A stretch of DNA of 64,000 nt from Owenia fusiformis (Eukaryota): contig CAIIXF020000001.1 of NCBI GenBank assembly GCA_903813345.2, positions 43,772,001 to 43,836,000 on the forward strand. Direction: 5' to 3'. Positions within the stretch are counted from its first letter, which is position 1. Each line of letters opens with the position of its first letter. Shown here one piece after another: positions 62,148 to 64,000 of the stretch. A program made the translations under genes and the position numbers. The notes under the pieces are model-generated. The model worked only from the letters and a program-made list of their open reading frames with translations. It searched no databases and had not been told where the DNA came from.

Positions 62148-63661
62148 ATGAAACCCAAACAAGGTATGTATAGCGAGTTATAGTTAAAAATATGCTGAAT
62201 ATTTCAAACTTCAACAGACTTGACATTTTCAATATGGATGACATATGAAATTCAACAAGTGGTATTCAACCTTTAACAGAACTCAAGTACATTATTTTAA
62301 ATTACTATTATTTAAATGAATTTCATTATATATGTTGGTGTTTTATCATGAATTTGTAAAAATAAACAATAAAACGGGTGGTATTTAAGTAGTTAATGTG
62401 AAAAACTTGTTAACCATGTGCTTGGCTTTAACTGCACAGCATGGCTGGATTTATTGATTTTTACATTAGTGCATGTATTAACTTACTCACAATTCACATT
62501 TATATCAATAAGAAATTAAAGTAGGATTGGTTTTGAAAAGCCTATGAAACAGCCTTTATACATAGAGTTTGAAACTTGAGTTAAGCATTGTAAGCATGTG
62601 TTTTCTCAGAACTTAGACCACTTCAGTTAGCAAAGTTTACACATAAGCACATGTTCTGTGCTTGACTGGGTAAAATCACATGGTGCCTAAACCAACAGAT
62701 GCTTATTAAAACAAAAACTAAAGAGGTAAACGGTTATCAATTTAGAGGTTAATTTTTTGCTGTCACTTTTTCAGTTCGGGAATACAACAGTGATAAGATG
62801 TGGGATACAGACGAAGATTCAAACCATAGTAACCAAAGTATGGGGTACTTTAATGAGTCATTTGACAATGGAGAATTTATGAAATCTGCAGCTGGTAAAA
62901 AACGTAGAGGAAACTTACCGAAAGATGCCGTGAAGGTGTTAAAGAACTGGCTCCATGAGCACCGCTATAATGCATACCCCACAGATCAGGAGAAAATATA
63001 CCTCGCCAGAGAAGCAAGCCTTTCAGTGCTTCAAGTTTGTAATTGGTTCATCAATGCCCGCCGTAGGGTTCTTCCGGAAATGATTAAACGAGATGGGCAG
63101 GATCCCTTACAATTCACTATCACCAGGAAACATCGCCAACATAGCAGACGGAGTGAAGGGAAACGTATCACTGTGAAGCCATGTCACTCCCCTCACTCAT
63201 ATACATCAGACTCACCAACATCATCCCTCTCTTCATCTCCCATAGCAACAGAGAACAATGACTATAAATTTGACCTGGATAAATCTGGCAATACACTCAG
63301 TTACGAGAGCTATGACTGTGACAGGCTTGACCCACAGCCACAGTTCACAGACTATAAACAATATGGACAGACAACAGTGGGTTTCATGCCTAAGAGATTT
63401 AAAGCTGACCCTGATGTGTCTGACCTTCCCCCACACAGCACACCCCCTCCTACACCTCCCTGTCAGGAGGAAAAGGGGGACGTCTTCCGATGTTTCAACA
63501 TGTTAGTCGATGTTGCCATCTCCCAACTCAAAGAACTTGAAAAAGAAAAGGAAAGGAATCAATTAGAGAAAGAAAACAATTCACATCCAGGTGTGGCTTT
63601 CTCTCAAGCCACAAAGCAAACATTGACACCTCACAGTAATAATCCTACTACTATATCATAG
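62148..63661 (+). CDS. TGIF: TGIF-family TALE homeodomain transcriptional repressor
   Basis: Micro-exon 62148-62163 (MKPKQ, donor GTATGT) splices in frame to 62775-63661; [38 protein letters not shown] homeodomain, PPPTPP phospho-motif and FNMLVDVA Sin3-interaction motif. Confidence 0.95.
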
Positions 63662-64000
63662 GTAGGTTCCCAATTGGATTATTAATCACCCTACTACAGG
63701 CCACAGGGCCTCACAGCCTAAGGATAGCCAGGGTTTATCTACTATTGGAACAATTGGCATTAACAGCCTGGCCTCAGGCCTCCATATCTGGTAGAGTATG
63801 TTCATATGAAAGCATCAGTCCTATGTTTGTTTATATCCCAGACAATGGCTAGTGATAGAAGACTATGGTAATACCATAACAATTTGACCTCACAAGATAT
63901 AATATGAAACTAAGCAAGCGATAACTTGGCTACAAAAGCCGCCTTGCAAAATGAGTGCCTTGTTTTATAATTTATATATCGTGTTGATCTTAACATCATC

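Overview
AT-rich, intron-rich animal genomic DNA (invertebrate, plausibly lophotrochozoan from its repeat families; inference). Splicing exons by hand gives: (1) two tandem + strand paralogues encoding secreted, catalytically dead trypsin-fold mosaic proteins (signal-VWC-like-TSP1-SPH-TSP1-like-EGF-Cys-rich); (2) the first three exons of PAK1IP1 on the - strand, whose third intron appears to contain the whole pseudo-protease cluster; (3) TRNAU1AP/SECp43 on the + strand, head-to-head with PAK1IP1 (ATGs about 305 bp apart), with an 18.3 kb first intron holding a triplicated segment that encodes a candidate 107-aa MGC-lipidated orphan protein on the opposite strand; (4) a TGIF TALE-homeobox gene preceded by a dense cluster of TGACAG sites, including a perfect TGACAGCTGTCA palindrome. 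Introns are packed with nested non-autonomous DNA transposons (Tc1/mariner, hAT, Kolobok-like, Harbinger-like, piggyBac-like, Helentron/HINE) and one decayed LINE. No database searches were run; gene names come from recognising the translated motifs, and coordinates were counted by hand.
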